Assembly (NCBI GenBank): GCA_043747935.1
Contig: JAYTOE010000067.1
Span: 22,859 to 86,858 of the forward strand
Direction of reading: 5' to 3'
DNA length: 64,000 nt
Origin: Akkermansiaceae bacterium
Lineage (GTDB): Bacteria; Verrucomicrobiota; Verrucomicrobiia; Verrucomicrobiales; Akkermansiaceae
Below the pieces are notes generated by a model that had not been told where the DNA came from, did not search any database, and saw only the letters and a list, made by a program, of their open reading frames with translations. The translations under genes were made by a program, and so were the position numbers. Positions 62,803-64,000 of this stretch are shown here, piece after piece (the stretch's first letter is position 1; the number at the start of each line of letters is the position of its first letter).

Positions 62803-63323
62803 AGCGCGGGCGGGAACCATTGGGAAAGGGTGGCGGAGCAGTCGATCAGGGTATCATCCTGAGTATTGGGCGACATGCGGATCTGGTAGGTGGTGCGGAA
62901 AACGTCGGGGTCGTTGATGGCATCGAACCATTGGTAAAGGGCTTTCTCCTGCCCGGAGAGGTTGATTTTCACCTGCGCCCGATGGAAGTGGATGCCGGTT
63001 TCGTCGGTAGGTAGCGGCTCTCGGCTCTTGACGTTGAGTCCTAGGTTCTGAGCTTGAGTCACTGCGAAGAGTTCGAGAGCGCTCTGGGTTTCCTCATAAG
63101 TTGCTGGTGCAGGTTCGTTTTCCGCAAGCCAGGTCATCTGCTCGGCGAACTCGCTTGAACTTTCACGAAACGTGATCGCCTGCTGTAGCTGTGATTTTGC
63201 GGATTCGAGGTCGCTGGCGTATAGGCTCTTTTTCTCCACGTAGAGGGAGTAGAGGAAAAAATTCACGATCAGGAACCCCGCGATCAGGAACAGTGCCAGG
63301 AGTTTCTTTTCGCGGTCGGACAT
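62799..63323 (-). CDS. GspM/PilO-like inner membrane platform protein
   Basis: MSDREKKLL plus TM helix, coiled coil, ferredoxin-like C-terminus; position upstream of gspD. Confidence 0.7.
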   Translation of the reverse strand: MSDREKKLLALFLIAGFLIVNFFLYSLYVEKKSLYASDLESAKSQLQQAITFRESSSEFAEQMTWLAENEPAPATYEETQSALELFAVTQAQNLGLNVKSREPLPTDETGIHFHRAQVKINLSGQEKALYQWFDAINDPDVFRTTYQIRMSPNTQDDTLIDCSATLSQWFPPAL

Positions 63324-63417
63324 GGATGAGTTACGGGGATGAAATGCCGGTGAATAATGGATTTGTCAGCAGTGAGGGAATGTTAAGCAGGAAAAGCCCA
63401 AACGGCCAAAGCAGATT

Positions 63418-64000
63418 TCACGGAGTGGCGGTGGGCGGGGCACCGGCGAAGACAAACTCCCAGCCACGGCTGGTTTGCCGGGGAGCGGGGGTCTGCCATT
63501 CGAAGGCGGCGAGGTCGTTGTTGTTCTTGAGGTTCAGCGAGAACTGATTCACCGGCTGCAACTGGGCAGCTTCGCCGCGTAGGTTGATTTCGTTGGCGGA
63601 GATCTCCGCACTGGTAAGGCGCAGGCCGGAATTGGCCGGGATGGAGCGGGCGATGCGGTTGAGGATATCGACGGTGTTGTAGTTCACGTCGATGCCGTAT
63701 TCGAGTTCGTCCCATTTCGCGATGTGGAGGGCGAAGGCCTCGCCTTCAGGGGCGATGGCTTTGACCTGATCGAGGAGCTTGGTGGTGGTGGTGCGGGTTT
63801 TCCATAGCTCGAAGCCAAGGTAACCGGCCGTGCCGAGGTAAATGACGGCGAGGGCGGCGATGGCTAGGATGGTGTTCTGGCGTTTCCGGGCGGCACGGCG
63901 GGCGGCGCGGACATCGGCGGGCAGGAGCTTGCTGAGCGGATCGGGTAGGACGGGTGCCGGGCGGGGTGCGAGCTCCGTCCGGAGGGAAAGGGAACGGGAA
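63418..64000 (-). CDS. GspL/PilN-like protein, 5'-partial (runs off the window end)
   Basis: Frame open from the window edge: LLPADVRAARR...TM helix...LRLTSAEIS...LRGEA. Confidence 0.7.
   Translation of the reverse strand, partial: SRSLSLRTELAPRPAPVLPDPLSKLLPADVRAARRAARKRQNTILAIAALAVIYLGTAGYLGFELWKTRTTTTKLLDQVKAIAPEGEAFALHIAKWDELEYGIDVNYNTVDILNRIARSIPANSGLRLTSAEISANEINLRGEAAQLQPVNQFSLNLKNNNDLAAFEWQTPAPRQTSRGWEFVFAGAPPTATP

Noticed and set aside
1-64000. CRISPR array, tRNA, rRNA, prophage or integrase
   Set aside because: No regularly spaced 23-47-bp repeats, T-loop/cloverleaf signatures, or phage/recombinase motifs found by eye; a tRNAscan/Infernal run would be needed to exclude small RNAs

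Overview
This 64-kb window is chromosomal DNA from a high-GC Verrucomicrobium, most like Luteolibacter. That is an inference from SHD1-thioredoxin, PEP-CTERM, DUF1549/DUF1553, DUF1501, a PVC-type heme protein and Verru_Chthon-like pseudopilins. Most of it is housekeeping and envelope genes: nuoD/nuoE, an amidase, two PilT-family ATPases, smc, galE, heme A synthase, a DEAD-box helicase, uvrC, an L,D-transpeptidase, pbpC, pilD, hisC, uppS, lemA/M48 and the start of a type II secretion operon. Three accessory patches interrupt it. (i) 9.7-14.4 kb holds broken genes and a NaeI-like C-protein/restriction/methylase system; the nuclease is frameshifted and the methylase has no canonical start codon. 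(ii) 38.0-39.2 kb holds two toxin-antitoxin loci, one a RelB/DinJ antitoxin paired with a MazF/PemK toxin. (iii) 53.4-55.3 kb holds an internally deleted ISKra4-like element, inserted at the end of a REP-like repeat, next to a VapBC-like pair. The most interesting signals are not in the ORF track: two tandem tiny Cys-rich lipoprotein genes ending in Lys, each with its own terminator; tandem NrdR-like boxes 32 bp apart upstream of smc; a Verrucomicrobia-type LexA-like box over the methylase promoter; and 4x7-bp arrays directly upstream of three start codons. I found no tRNA, rRNA or CRISPR array by eye. All family assignments come from motif recognition, not database searches.
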